DNA of 64,000 nucleotides from Oculina patagonica (lineage: Eukaryota): NCBI RefSeq assembly GCF_052425735.1, contig NC_135761.1, positions 496,001 through 560,000 of the forward strand. Reading direction: 5' to 3'. The stretch's first letter is position 1. Each line of letters begins with the position of its first letter. Below the pieces are notes generated by a model, which did no database searches, was not told where the DNA came from, and saw nothing but the letters and a program-made list of their open reading frames with translations. Below, one piece after another: positions 1 to 13,800 of this stretch. The translations under genes and the position numbers were made by a program.

Positions 1-33
1 GCTTTATAAATTCACGCACAACCAGTCGACCTT

Positions 34-77
34 ATCGCCTGATGAAGACTAGCAGTGTGCAGTCGAAACGTTGCGAT
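34..77 (+). ncRNA. Minimal type I hammerhead ribozyme, likely a Penelope-like element remnant
   Basis: Stem I ATCGC(34-38)/GCGAT(73-77). Core CTGATGA at 39-45. Stem II GACT(47-50)/AGTC(61-64). GAAA at 65-68, then a palindromic AACGTT mini-stem III with a GUU triplet. This matches the known Penelope-associated minimal hammerhead layout. Confidence 0.7.
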
Positions 78-235
78 CTCCATCACACGTGACTACGATG
101 TGAGACAAACGAAAAATACTTTATTATTAATGCTTAACATACAAGCTTCCTACACTGTATTAACTACCATCATAAGCATGTAATGTATGTAGAGGACAAA
201 GAGACAAATAAAAACTCATAAACATGACAAGGTAC

Positions 236-3200
236 CTTTTCTTTGTTACTTGGGTCAGGTCCATTCTGAAGATCCAGTACAAAGCTATAAAACAACAAAG
301 AACAAGCAACAAACAAGAGATTACAGAGATTAAAATGTTTTATGGTTTTTTTCCTATGACCAAAAAACATTTAACTAGACTGCTGACCAGTTAGCTCAGT
401 TGGTAAAGCGCCTACCATCGAGAGGTCTCGGGTATGAGTCCCAGACCAGACCAACACTCAGGGTCTTAAAATAACTGAAGGGAATATGCTGCCTTTGCAA
501 TGACATCTGCAAATAGTTAGACATTCTAGGGATGATATACCATAGGCCTCATCTCATGCATCTTCAGTGTTATGGTCAGTAGGGTTTGTTAAAGAACCCA
601 CATACTTATCATAAAGAGAAGGGCACAAAGTACCCTGTGTTGTGGTCTGGTCTTTGCCCGCGGTTGTACCGATGAACTGTTGAAAGCTCAGAGATATTGG
701 CTATGTTATAAGCCACTCTACAATCTGAGGGTAAATAAAGTATTCACTTCACTTCACTTCACACAGCCATAACCTCTTACTTTTTAAAAGGGAATTTTTG
801 TCCTTATCAAGTTCAAAATTAATTACTGTGTAATTAAACCACCCACAAATAGCAACAGCTAATCTAATTATGATAATATAGGCCAGCATTTTGATTTTAC
901 CTCAGAATTTCACAGCATTTTTCACATGGTAGAAAGGCTTCCAATTTTTTCGCAAAAACTTTACATGGTGTTTCACTGGAATTTTATAGAGCTCAAAATT
1001 TCACATCTCTTTTCACAGGGCCAAAAAATTATATTTTTTGGGCCATGGATTAATTCTGAGTTCACAGGGTATTTCACATGGCAAAAAGAATTCACATGGT
1101 TTTTACAGGGATTTCACATGCATTTCACAGGGTTGCTCCCAGTACTGTTAATTAAACCTAGGTCTGGTGTAAAGTAAAAAAAAAAAAAACTAAAGATAAC
1201 TTTACTTGTGAAGTCCTCTCATCAGTGGACTCAATCCACCAAATGAAGAAGCAATTGTGTTAATTTCAACTTGCTTGATTGCAAGATCTTCTGGCTTATC
1301 ATTTGTACCATCCAGCATATAGTCTGACCGAAAAATCCCCAGTGAGATTTCCTGCAAAACATTATGCATAAAGTCATTTGTTTATTAAATAATTTAACAA
1401 AGTATAAATCCAGCCTCCCCTGACATTTAAGAAGCTCTGTAACGAATGAGGTATCTTAAAAAATCAGCCTAAATTTTTAAGTTCCTCATTTGTAATCCAT
1501 CTCAATCATAACAATTATTGTTCTTTTTTGTTTTATTATTAGTGCTTTAACTTTTTTTTTATCTCAGGAAACTTTTATTTTAGGAATTCCAGGCTCCATT
1601 TGCCTTGATTAGCCAAAGTAGCACTCCAGATAGCCAGATTAGCATTGCTGTTAGATGATGACTCAAGAATGGTCAGATCTTATAAATGATTGTAATGGTA
1701 ACGCAATATGTTATGTGTAACATGTGTCTCAGATATTTGACTAGGACTTGGACTTCAGTCAGGCTCAGCTTTGACTCGGCCAACTGATAAACTCCACGAC
1801 AAATAGTGACTTGTTGTAATGAATAGAAATGCTATCATAATTCAATGATTATATTGCTGTGCTGCAGAAGTAGGGGTGGCAATGGTCCTTCAAAAAATGT
1901 GTGTCTCGCTAAATTTTAGCCAAATTTCAGGGCTCTCGTCGTCTCGAATTCTTCTTTGACACCTGCTTGGAGTCTCGATTTCTTTTGGAGGCTAAAAACG
2001 TCTCGAGCTCGCAGAAACGATATCAGTCTTGCTGTCTTGCAAAGTCTCGCATATTTTACTATTTGACACCCCTAGAAGTAACAAGTCACCTGTGAAAGTC
2101 CCTCCTTTCTTGTCTTTTCATAAATTTCAAAAATTTTGGCAGTAAATGTATCCACTTCTATGGTGCTAAATAAACAGAGAAAATAGACACATTATTAACA
2201 TGGCAGCTGACACACAGATCATTTTATTTTGTCTTACAAAACAAAAGCATGTAAAATCCATTATTCTATTAAGATAAGGGATGTATCAAAGGTTGAACTG
2301 CACCCTTCACAGGCAGTGTACATTGTGTGACATTTGCAGACTGCAACAGAACTATCTCTATCTAGAGAACTAACTGGCCTTAACCACTGGGCAGAGGGGG
2401 TACTCTGCAAATTTTTAGCTGGGGGTGTGCCGCTGGGACTCTGAGCCCCTTTACCGATACTAGACCATGTTCAGCTGCATTTTGCAACCCTATTCTAGAC
2501 TAAACACCAATTATTAATCAACGCGGGTCAGTTAAGTTCTTGTACTACCTGCTGTGCTATTTTTTTTTATGTAATCTGCCAGGAAACGTTGTCTAAACTA
2601 AATTATTCAAGCAATAGGCCATTTCTGAGTTACCATTTGGCTTTGTTTCAAAACGAGTCTACGTGCGAAACCATTCAAATGAAAATGAGTTTGTTTTGCA
2701 TGAAAATGGACCTGAAGGTAAAACTCATTTTCATACGAATAGTTTCGCACGTAGACTCGTTTTGAAACAGAGGAAAAGGGTAACTCGGAAATGGCCTATT
2801 GATTAGTTTAACAGGAAAGTGATATCCTATTCTAGACCATAACTCTCTAAAAACTATGTCCTATCCCAGACTAAACTGCCTGAAAATCGTACCCTTCATA
2901 GCGACACATACCTATATAGCTCATTAATGGGAGTATATGAGCTAATTTAAACCTAGAAACAAGTTGCAGTGATATTTGTTAATGTAGTTATGTCATTTCT
3001 GTTGAGGTTCAGTTTTACCCCTTGTATAATCTACTACTATACTACTATACTCCACCCCTTGTTTAACCATACACCAGAACAAAGGAAAATGCCAAATTAT
3101 ACTAAAGGGAAAATTGAACCACAACAGATTCATTCAGAATAAGCTTACATATAAAAACCCAAAAGGTATCAGAGGCGTTGGTTGTTCTAAAAGCTTTACT

Positions 3201-3489
3201 AAATTGTTTAAATTTTCGAGACAAACCCTCACCTCTGAAGAGCTTCCTTGAGGAATTCATGATCTTGACTGACTTTGTGAACTAAGAGATTGAAGTTTTT
3301 CTGCACTTCTTTTGCTTGAGTGAATAATCGCTTTGGAAACGAAGTTGGGAGAAGAGTGAATGGTGCGTGTTCGACTCTGAGGCAACAATCCTTCACTCCC
3401 AAAACAATGCCATGAGTTAGACAGTAATCTTTTCCTTCCTCGGCCAAATAACTCACAAGTTCCTCTGAAGGTAGCTGGGGGACACTCAT
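236..3489 (-). CDS. GSS: Glutathione synthetase, 5' four exons (3233-3489, 2090-2165, 1206-1351, 236-284); gene continues past the left edge
   Basis: HAPFTLLPTSFP, VHKVSQDHEFL, LGIFRSDYML and KQVEINTIASSFGGL are eukaryotic GSS motifs. GT/AG boundaries keep the frame. Confidence 0.93.
382..762 (+). mobile_element. tRNA-derived SINE in a GSS intron
   Basis: A-box-like head (gttagctcagttggtaaagcg), degenerate B-box, and an AATAAA plus (CACTT)n tail. Confidence 0.6.
1872..2073. mobile_element. MITE with AGGGGTG...CACCCCT termini; family also at about 14361-14530 (partial) and 33822-34829
   Basis: Short terminal inverted repeats. Flanking direct repeats are agaagt here and atcagt at 33816/34830. 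Internal sequence is shared between copies. Confidence 0.7.
2612..2801. mobile_element. Palindromic MITE (AATAGGCCATTTC... termini)
   Basis: caataggccatttctgagttacc pairs with ggtaactcggaaatggcctattg; internal inverted symmetry. Confidence 0.75.
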
Positions 3490-5006
3490 TTTACTCAGTT
3501 CTCGTTCGTCTTTGTTAGAAGCTTGTTTTCAAGATCAGAAGCACCGCGCTCTCTGGGAAGTTTTCTTTATGGAACTAAGGTGTTATTCCTGGGAAAGTTT
3601 GCACCTCTTTATAGAAATGATCTCACAATTCGTACAGAAATTCGATTACAAAGTCTAAGTACCTGTTGTCCGAACGTCCGCCATTTTGCGCGGACAGTAA
3701 CTGAGAGACTGGTGCCCACGGTGACGGTGGACGTCACCCATACCCCCAGCGCAAGGTGTGGTCACCCGATGCGACTTTGCGACATAATTTTTTTGCAGTT
3801 TCATAGCATAACTTTTTCACGTTTTCCTACCTTCTTGAAGCATAATATGTCATAATAAGGAAAAAATCTGCCCTAAACGTTAAGGGAGGCGGTGCGCGCA
3901 AAAGGCAAGGGCAGGTTTCTCGTTAGTCATTCATGAGTCACGCGGTCACGCCATTCAGGCTCACCCCGCCCACAATGAACAAACATTTCTTCAAATAAAT
4001 ATTGTCAACAACGTGAGTTTTATTCAACAACTGTTCTCTTCGGTTTACAGGCAAAACTTTGTTTATATTCAGTTAAACTGTGTGTTCCCAAACGGGACTA
4101 CAAAATATTTCTGATGATCATTAAATTGTTAATGTTGTTTTTACATTTTCCTTCATCAAGGGTGCGGTTTATCATTCTCCCGCAAATTATTTGTCCCTTT
4201 TGGGTCATCGCAAAGCATCGATAATGACAGATAACGCAAAAATTATCCTATTTCTTACGACTCCTTTTCTACTAATTGGCGCATATACTTTAACTTATTA
4301 CAAAAAGAAAACGGTATATCTGATTTACAAATACATTCGCCATTTTTAAAATTGAACAAGGAAAAAAGGGGGAAAACTCTTACGATATTACAACATGTTT
4401 TATGTTATAAGTTATATATATTAATTACATTTTTTTAGTTAGGCAGGTTAGGTGTCCACAATTAGTAGAGGGGACTTTTCCCCTCAGCTACTACAGATTT
4501 GACACGTTAATCAAGTTGTTATGTTATTATTATAAAACCCTGCTTTTTTGCTTTCCGAGGGTTTAGGTTATAAAAATGTGTGAAATAAGCAGGGGCACTA
4601 GAAAATAGCCTGTTTCAGGCTTTCGGTTAGTTGAGGAGCAAAACGAAAAACGTGATAAGCGCGAAGACCTGCGAGTGGATACAATTCCGAGGAGTTTGTT
4701 TCTTTCCCCTACGGCCTTTCCTAGCCGTTTCTCGCGTCGCTTTCTAACTAAATTGGAACTAACTAACTAACGAAACGCTCGGAATAGACTGACGAGAAAA
4801 GGGAAAAGGAAGAGAGGACTAGGGGTTAAGAGGAACAGGGGGAAGAGGAGGTCATGTCTCCGAGCTTGTGCACGTATGTTCAAAATGACTTTTTTGCGCG
4901 CCGGCACATGCTCACCCACTTGATAGTCCCTAAAAAATAAATACGGGACTTCTGATTTGACCACAAGCTGAGAACTTAGAATAGACTACTTGTTTCTCTG
5001 TAATTA

Positions 5007-8000
5007 TTAACTTGTACTAAGATAGCTGTTACTTTGTTGATCAGTATTGTTGGTTGAAAGTAGGAGGCTCGGTGTTTTTGCTTTACGCGGGTGAGCCAAA
5101 CGAAGATACCTGTTTAGTTTGGCTCTAATCCGGGCCAACTGCTTCCGAAGATTACGAATCTTCGTGGTCGAATTCACACGTGTACCGATCGTGTAGTGTT
5201 CGTGAGTCCTCGGTGATAACCGAACAGAGGGCGGAAAAGGTTCTTGTGTTGTCTTGGTAACTGCTGGTGCAAATTTGCGTCCAGACCCTCTTCTAAGTCC
5301 ACTTTCTGCTCGAGGTTTTCCCTGTCGTATTTTTCGTTTTTTGTCTCTTAATGAATTGGCGGAAGGTAATTGATCTTTACGAGTTCTACCGCGAAAACCA
5401 TCGTCGGTGTAATAATGATGATGAGAACTAAACTTTGAATTCTTACTTTTGTTAACCCCAACTGAGACACTACTTTTACTCACAAAATTTTTAGGATCAA
5501 CAGATAGCCTGTTTGTTAATTTCGATGATTTTACAAAGTGAATTACATCTCCTTTTCCCTTAACCAAGGAAGAGCTGTTATTCTTTGACCGAGAAACCTT
5601 CCATTGTGGAAACTTTCTCAAATTGTGTATTCTTATTCTGTGGTTACTAAACTGACCATTTTGAGAAAATGTGTTATTTCTTGTAAAATCAGGAATCATT
5701 GTTATCTGATGACTAATTCGAATTTTACTATGTCTATTCCCTTGCCACTGACTTGGTAACATCGCACGAGCAACCGTATGAGCATGTAAACCAGCGGCAC
5801 TTGCATTAGAAGCAGTTCCCAGGTTCTGGAATGTATTGTGTTTTCTAACCATACTTGTGTGGCGATGTTTCAATACATGGGAGATAATGTCTGACAGATC
5901 GTGGAAGCCTTTACCATATCCTTCTCCGTCTGTTATGTTCTGCTTTGTAATGGGCTCTTCCTGACGGTGCTGATTGGCTACATTCCAGTGACTGACGATG
6001 TCAATTAAAGGAAATGGAATGATTGACGCTTTTCTTTTCTTGGCGACTGGCTTTTCCCCTAAACACAAATGTACAAGGAGATAAATCAGACATTAGTGGA
6101 TACACGAAACCTGTTGGTAGAACTGGTAGAACTTGGAATTTTGTTCCGAGTAGCGCCAGTGTCTTCTGCTACTACCACAGCCAGTGTCACCGAGAAATTA
6201 GTATAATTCTCATTGTGCATTTCAGCAGGCTTCTTAAGTGATTTTAAATACTCGATCCCGCATACAGTCAACCTAGTAACCCTGTCTAGTGTTTTCAAAT
6301 TTTGTCCTCCTCTTCTCAAATTCAGTTCTGAAAAGAAATGTTAAGCCGCTCGACTTTTTCAGTTGAGGTGACAGACTATTTTACGGGACTCTAGAAACCT
6401 AATTTTCTGGCTTTCTCATGATGCTCATTTGGAGAGCAGTTTCAAATCCTTTTTGACCGATGACGTCACCAAATAGCACTCGCTGCATAATTTTTTTGCT
6501 AGCATTGAGACAATAGGGCTTAGAGATTATCGCGCAAGACGTTTTCTGAGAAAAGACGTATGCAAGAGCGATGTACCGTACACGGGGCCAGAAGGTGTCT
6601 ACACTTACTTCTTAGCATGTCGTTAAGCCATTTGACAGCTTGAAAAGCCCCGCCTCCTGAGCTCTCGGTGTAAAAGTTAACCGCTACAAAATTTGCCCAC
6701 AATTTAAACTTGTCGTGGCAAGTGACCAGCTTGTCTCTTATTTCCTTAAAAGAATTCAGGCATGGCTGAAGAGGGTTAGCCGCTGTACTAAACCAATTTA
6801 CAAGAACCAGGCTCCAGTGGTCATTCCATTGAGCGTTCCAACGCGATTCTGAACGGTCAATACATTCCTTGGAAAAGGAAACTATAGTGATTATTCAACG
6901 CGATTAATACAAACTTAATAACTTGAATCACCACTAATCACAAGCTCCATGTAACTGGCTAATGATAAATGAAACCATCTTTTTAACTGGAAACAAATTT
7001 TAACTTTGATGTCATTTTAATCCCGAGATATGCAAGATAATTTTGTTAATCATATTCAGCAATGTCAAAATAAGTTTCACTGATTACATACAACTTCACT
7101 ACGTACTACCCAGTATTTGAAAATGTTGGAAAGTGACTCTTACAGTAGAGATATATATAATATATTTTACCTTAATGTTTTGCCCCGCGTTACCATAGCG
7201 ATTCTCTCTGACGTAATGCCACATGTTCCACTCCGTGTAAGGAAAACCGCGCAGACCATTGTTGTTGAACACTACCAGACGACCCAATTTGCGCATGTCT
7301 CTTAGCGTGGGCCAATCATTAAACTCATCACCCCAATTGTCCTTTAGCAGTACGTATGGAGAAATGCCCGCTTGGTCAAACACTCGTTTCAGAATTGTAG
7401 GATTTTTTAAGTAGTCTTCAAAGATGATTGTGATAACTTCACGAGTATTGCTCTGAAGGAATTTCCTGATTTCAATCAATGTGTCCAGAAGATTTGTCGA
7501 GCCGCTCCAGAAACATGATGCATGACAAAGACGAACTTCCGCCAATCCCCACCCTAGAAATGAAAAGAAATGCAAGTGTAACGAATGTGAACCGGAATAG
7601 CGGCGCAGACTTTTTTATTTTTAAGAGGAAAAGTAAAAGAGTCCTTGATTGGAAGGCCCCATTTGGCACGCTGGATTATCTTGACACTTCAAACAAAGTC
7701 GTTGCTGTTGTTTTTGCTATTGTTGTTAATGATGATGATGATGACGATGATGGTGACAATATGATGATGATGATACTGTTCCATTTTTTTATTATTAACT
7801 CATATACATGCCCAGTTGCAAAATAACCATTTTATTTGACCTACCTGGGTATATGTCTAACATAAGTCCGCGCACACCATCCTTGAGCTGCTGACTGACG
7901 CTGAATCGTTGATTGCGGGCCCATACAGCAAAGCTTGGAGAATTAGAGAAGGAATTATGGGTAACAAGAAACGCCACTTTGTTGAAGGGCCTGTCATAAT

Positions 8001-8783
8001 CCTAAACGAAAGTTACAATCAATTGTATTTTTTTATTAGATTTAGACAAGATATCTATCAGCACGATAATTTAATATAGAAAGGAATATTTTGCAGACAT
8101 AGCTCCATACCTGTTCAGTCAAAGCAGGTACACGTGACATTTGACAGGTGGCATAAGGTTTGTCACACAACCTGCACACCAACCCATCAGCGCATGCGTA
8201 TCCCGCAGAACAGCGCTCATTTTCCCGCCTCGGATGATGCAGACACCTCTGATCACCAGGCTGGCAGCTTAGCCCTCGGGCGCAGGAAAATCCTGCAGAA
8301 CAAGGCTCATTGTATCGACGCGGGCTATGAAAGCAAAGCTGAAAAATCAAAACAACATGATCCCATTACACAGAGCTGAATCAGACAGAAAGAAATCGCA
8401 GTGTGGCGTTTTTACGATCAACTGACCTGAACCCCTGGCTCACACGAGAGACCACCCCCACACTCATAACCAGCCACACAGGGCTCACCATGAAGACGAG
8501 GCACATGGAAGCATTTCTGAACTCCCGGATGACAACTGAACCCACTCGCGCAAGGCCTCGTGAGATGACAGCGGTCTCCGTACACTCCAGGAGGCGCGCA
8601 TTTCTGTATTCCCGCCTCGCACGTGTTCAAGGGATGACAGCGACAGAAAGCCGAACAAACGTCACCGGCCTGTCCGTTGCCGTTGCCATGGGGACAGGAA
8701 AAGAACCAAAAACCATCGATGCGTGAACAACAGGTGGCAATGATAAACATTAAATCGAAAATCCAGAGATGATACAAAAACAT
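5007..8783 (-). CDS. PI-PLC X-domain (PLC-like phosphodiesterase) protein with Cys-rich N-terminal repeats and a long basic C-terminal tail. Exons about 8427-8783, 8111-8338, 7845-8001, 7171-7553, 6609-6867, small uncertain exons at 6110-6327, and 5007-6058.
   Basis: PFNKVAFLVTHNSF, NQRFSVSQQLKDGVRGLMLDIY, LCH, EVITIIFEDY, WPTLRDM and WANFVAVNFY...GGGAF motifs. Hydrophobic N-terminus. Splice phases are consistent for the five catalytic-side exons; the link to the 3' ORF is less certain. Confidence 0.8.
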
Positions 8784-10803
8784 TTAAAACTGAAGATCAA
8801 TGAAGTGTTCGTCCAAACAGACGACATCAAAACCAATTGACGATGACATTAAACGCTGTAAAGCTAGATCGGGCTCTGTGAGTAAAAGCAGCCTGTTTTG
8901 GGCCTCGTAATCTTTCCATTTTTGGTATCCGGTTTTCCACTGCAGTTGCCTAGTGTTGGATGGGAAGGGTGAAGCAATTGAAGCATGGCAACAAACAAGG
9001 TACACTCTGCAGCAATCCAGGAATCGTGCAGTCACGCGTGAAATAAATCTTGTGTTATGGGGGCCAAACGCTTGTGGCCATATAGCAAATCTAAACTTTC
9101 TTAATCTGGCGGCGTTGTCTAATTTTCTGTCAGATTGTGTGATGTAATCACCGCCCTTTTTAGACAAAGACTCGCAATGCCAAAATATAGAAATTTGCTT
9201 GCACGCGAGTTAGTACTAGTAAATAAGAACTAGAACTTACATCCGCTCAGTGTACGGAAGGTCATGGCGGTTTGAGTCCCTTCGGGGACTCAGATTTTTT
9301 TCTTTGTTCCACGCTCGTAACAACAGAATACTTCACCCTTTTCATTGTAGAAACTTATTTTATATAGCATGTTGACTCGTTTGTGGCTCAATAAACGTAA
9401 TCTCTGCCCCACCGAATTCTATTTTCTGGAGACTTTTATCGTCTCAAGTCACAACACCAGCTGCCAAGGTTCATTAGTGAATTTTTCTAGTCTTCGCCAC
9501 GGAAATTCCTCTAAGCAGTTTAATAAAATAAAAATAAAAAAAAGGGCTCTTGCAGAACAAATAAGCAAACTCACTGTGAACTGGACAATAACGCTTAACA
9601 GTATGAAAAGAAAACTAAAATTCATGAATAGCTTAAAGAACACTGGGAATTTTTTACAGAAGTTTACCTACTAACACTGAAAAAACGAAAGAGCAAACAC
9701 AAGGATCAGCGTTTGTGAAAACCGGACTCGCGTCGTAACTTAAACTGGGAGATATGTACTCGCTCTGCAAAGTAGAGTTTTATTAGTTCGCTCCTTTATC
9801 ATTATCTGTCGGACTTAATCGCTTTTTCAGTTACCTACAAAACCCATTAAATAAACACTTTACAATGACACTTTTTCGACATTGATTCTTTTCTTGGTTT
9901 TATTTTCAATCGTTTGTTTGTTTTATAGCTGGATTCTGATTCTTTCGCGAACTCTTGATTCTTTCTCAGAGATACCCACGAACTTCTGAACGTTTTCTTT
10001 TTTTCAACTTTAATAAACAATTATTTTTAAAATGGTTAAAAATACTAGTTTACAATGCTATACAATATATAATTACTAGACCATATTATACTCCTGTATA
10101 TTTCGTAATTAAACGACTTAAAAATAACCTAAGAAATTACACAAGGTAATTTTTTAGAGATAAATATATTTACAGTCAGCAACCAGAAATATCGAGAGCA
10201 ATAAATTAAAAGTTTTTTTTCTCTTATATCTTATACTGATTTAAGGACAACGAGAACAAACAAAGATTTATCGAATGTGTTGTTCGTACCTCTAACTCTT
10301 CTTTAACTCAGTCGGGGTGTTTTATCTACAGGTTTTATCCAGTGTTTGCTAGGGATACTCTGCGCTCTTAATAGGCCTAAAAATATCTACTTTTTAATCA
10401 GTTTCCATCTAAATTTTTTTCTGCGCATTGACTAATAAGGATCACTGGAACAAACATTCTTACCATTCATCTTACCGGTAATTTTATAGAAAAGCTTGGC
10501 GAGTAATTATATATTTCTAGAAAAAAAAAAACACCGTTTTACAACCTACTTCTAGATCTTGGTTGATTAAGGAATGTGCTACATCCGCTGATGAAAACCT
10601 TGAGTTCAAAGTTCAATAGCTAGTCATTGAAGCTTGAAGTACCATAAATTATGTGCCATTTAAAATCATGGACTTTCAACCGACACCATCATAGCTTCTA
10701 TTAGTAAACCTTTTTTTTTTTCATTTTTACCTAGAATACCTAGAAAGGCATCACGATTTAAGCAGTGACGTGGGGGAGGGGACTGGGGGCATTAAAATCC
10801 ACA

Positions 10804-13800
10804 TTACCAGAATGCACCCACCCCTCCCATCCCTGCTCCACTCCTGACAGTTCCACTGCTTGATGCCCGTGCAACAACTGTAGTGTCAGTAGCTTTAAGA
10901 GTTGGTAACACATTTGCTTTGGAGCTTCTCCTCTTGAGAAGCTTTTCATGTTCTTCTTTCAGTGCATTGTAATCACGCTTGAGGTGCACAAAGTCTACAA
11001 AGGTGTGCTTCTCTGGTGTCTGTGTTTTAAGAGCTGTTATTTCATTGAGAAGTCCAGTGATTCTGTTCTTAAGCAAGTCTCTCTCTTTGTACATGTGCTT
11101 TAATGCTTGAGCAGAATCTTGAAGATTGAATTCCAGTAACTTGTTATCTTTGTCCAGTTTATCAATCTCTTCTGTAAGGGTTTCATTTTTACCTTCAAGT
11201 TCCAGAATCAGTTCTTTTAGCTTAGCAACTTCCATGATTTGGTCCTGTTCTTCAGCTTTGGATGCCTGAGCCAATTTTGACTGCATTTCAAGAACAGCTA
11301 TCCTTGATTTCAAGCTGTCCATCTCTGCTGACAGAGACTCATTTTCCATGCTGAAATCCCGAACACTCTTTTCTAAGGTATGTTTCTCTTGTTTCATCTG
11401 TTCACAGTTCTGTCTTAGTGACTCAATAGTTGCCTTTGCTTCTTGAAGAGCTGAACTCAGTTTCTATGAAATATAAAATTTATATAATTATGCAACTGTT
11501 AGAAAAATGCAGCAAATTGTTTTGCAATCAATTAAAATAACTGCTTCCTTTAGATAGGTGTAAAACAACGGTATCTGACTTTTATTGTACATAAGGCAGG
11601 TGAGGTACAGTCCAACAAGTAGATTGCTAATGCGAGAAAAGGCAGCAAAGACATCATACATTAAGATTTATGCGAGTTTGTAAAATACATTTTGCGAGTG
11701 ATGTATTTGGTGGTCAGAGTACTCTCTTTATCCTCACTTACCGCAGTGTCACTTCCTGTTCTTTCCAAACACTCAAGTTGTTCTTTTAGTAGTTTGTTTT
11801 CCTTTTGAAGATCTTCATTCTTTTCTGTGAGCTGTTAGAGTTAGAAAACATTGGTCAGTTTGGAAAAATTGCCATTTCTCGCATTTTGGGTATTTTAAAA
11901 CCACAGTTCAAAGAAATACAACAACAAGGAAATCAAAATAGGAGTAAGGGATGTCATGATAACTGGATTGAAAAAGAAACTTGTTTATTTACAAGCTATT
12001 AGTTAAGTTATTGATTTGCTCAGAATGATGAAGCCTGGCTAGTGCACAATTCGAGGCATTGATCTACAATCTACATCTATATTGTGGGGGGTCTTACAAA
12101 GGGAGGTATCTCCTGAAAATGTATAAGTATTAGAATATATGTCAGGGTTCCAAAGCGGTTTAGGGTTAAAAAAGCCAGGCTCCAGGTCCCCTGAAAACTA
12201 GGGCTCCAGGCTCTGTGGCAATCATTTTAGGGTTGCACATTATAAAATACAGTAATAGGGCTCCAAGCAGGGAAACAATGGAGCTCCAGACTCCACAGCC
12301 AAAGGTTTAGAGCTCCTGGGCTCCATGCAGCCATCCCCCTTTGGGACCCTGCATGCAGACCACATCAGATTTATTTCCTTATTTCAGGGGGGCTTTTGAC
12401 AAGTTTCACTAATTGAAATAAAATGACTTCAAAAGCCTGTACGAAGTCAAACTTGTAAGATGCCAATTGGCCTAACAAGCAAGAATACATATACAATTTA
12501 TAACAATTTTTGTTTAACAACATGACAGTTTAAAGTTTAATAAACATGTTTTAATAGCAGAAACTTCTGCCTTCTTCAGTACAAATGTCACAGACTATGC
12601 AAGTGATAACAATATTGCATATACTTTGTGCAAAAATTGTAGCTGAGTGTATTATGAAGTAACTAGTCTGTATCACATCATATCTACCTGTTGTTTTTCC
12701 AATACCCAGCTATTTTCAGCTTCAAGTTTCTCAGACACAACTCTCATAATCTGTCAAGAAAACATGCACAATATTAATAATAAAATCAAATCATCTTCCT
12801 GCCAAAAGTTAATTACTCATTATACTTTTATTAATTTTGATTGATGGGGCTAAAAGGTCTAGTCTGGTGAATCATATAGCTTGGAAAAGGCAGCACATTT
12901 TTTCCATCACTAGCTCCTTAATCAAAGAACCCAAGAATGAGCCAGCCAGTCAATTGTTTGAGGCATGAACAAGGAATGTGCTTAAAAGAGACATAATTTT
13001 GAAGAAAACAAGTTAAAACTGCAAATTACTGTTGTAAACTTTGCACAATGGAAAATGGCTTAAGCAAAAGAAACAATTTTATTTAATGCTTTTCCCCATG
13101 ACCATGATTTTATTCCCAGAGGGAAACTGTTTCAGATATACTATTGAAGGGACTGTTTTGCAAACCAATTAAAGCTACATGAGTTGTTCTATCTTATTCA
13201 GAATCACTCAGTGCTTACCTCATTTTTGTGTTTTTCTGTCAAAGCAGCACAGTTCTCGTCAATCTTCAATAAACAATCTCTCTGCATTTGCTGTAATTTT
13301 TCCTTTGCCTCATTTGCAATCTGATGAAGCTCTTGACACTTGGACAAATCACTCTGAAGACACCAAACAGAAAAAAATTATAACAACGTTAACAATTTTA
13401 AAGATCCCTTTCACTTAGAGCTTTAATTGTTGTAAATCAACTACAGGGTGCAAAGAAATTAAATTTTCCAGCTTGCCCTTGGGCAAGCTGTAGCCAGGAG
13501 GTTCTAGCCCGAAAGTCATTTTTACTATCCCCAAAAAATTCTCATTAGCATGATCTTAATGATGCTTCACTTGCCCATTGGGAAAATAAAGAATTAAGTC
13601 CACTTGCCCAACTGCAAAATCCACTAGCCCCAGGCTTGTGGACACTAACTTCTTTGCACGCTGAACTAGAATTGTAAAGCAGATCCCAACCATGCTACAT
13701 GTAGATTTTCCAAACACTTCTCACCATTACTGTAGCATAAATTCAGTCTCAGAAATGAACATACAGCTGTGATAGAACAGATGAATGCAACCAAGGTAAA

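Noticed and set aside
900-1140. 83-aa ORF and repeated ttcaca(g/t)gg motifs
   Set aside because: Looks like a degenerate subterminal-repeat transposon remnant in a GSS intron; no reliable ends or coding signal
9449-9643. Hydrophobic ORF with a gtgagt donor as a possible first exon of the PLC-X gene
   Set aside because: The nearest acceptor (about 8790) leads straight to a stop, and 8783 already supplies a hydrophobic N-terminus; cannot be supported without RNA data
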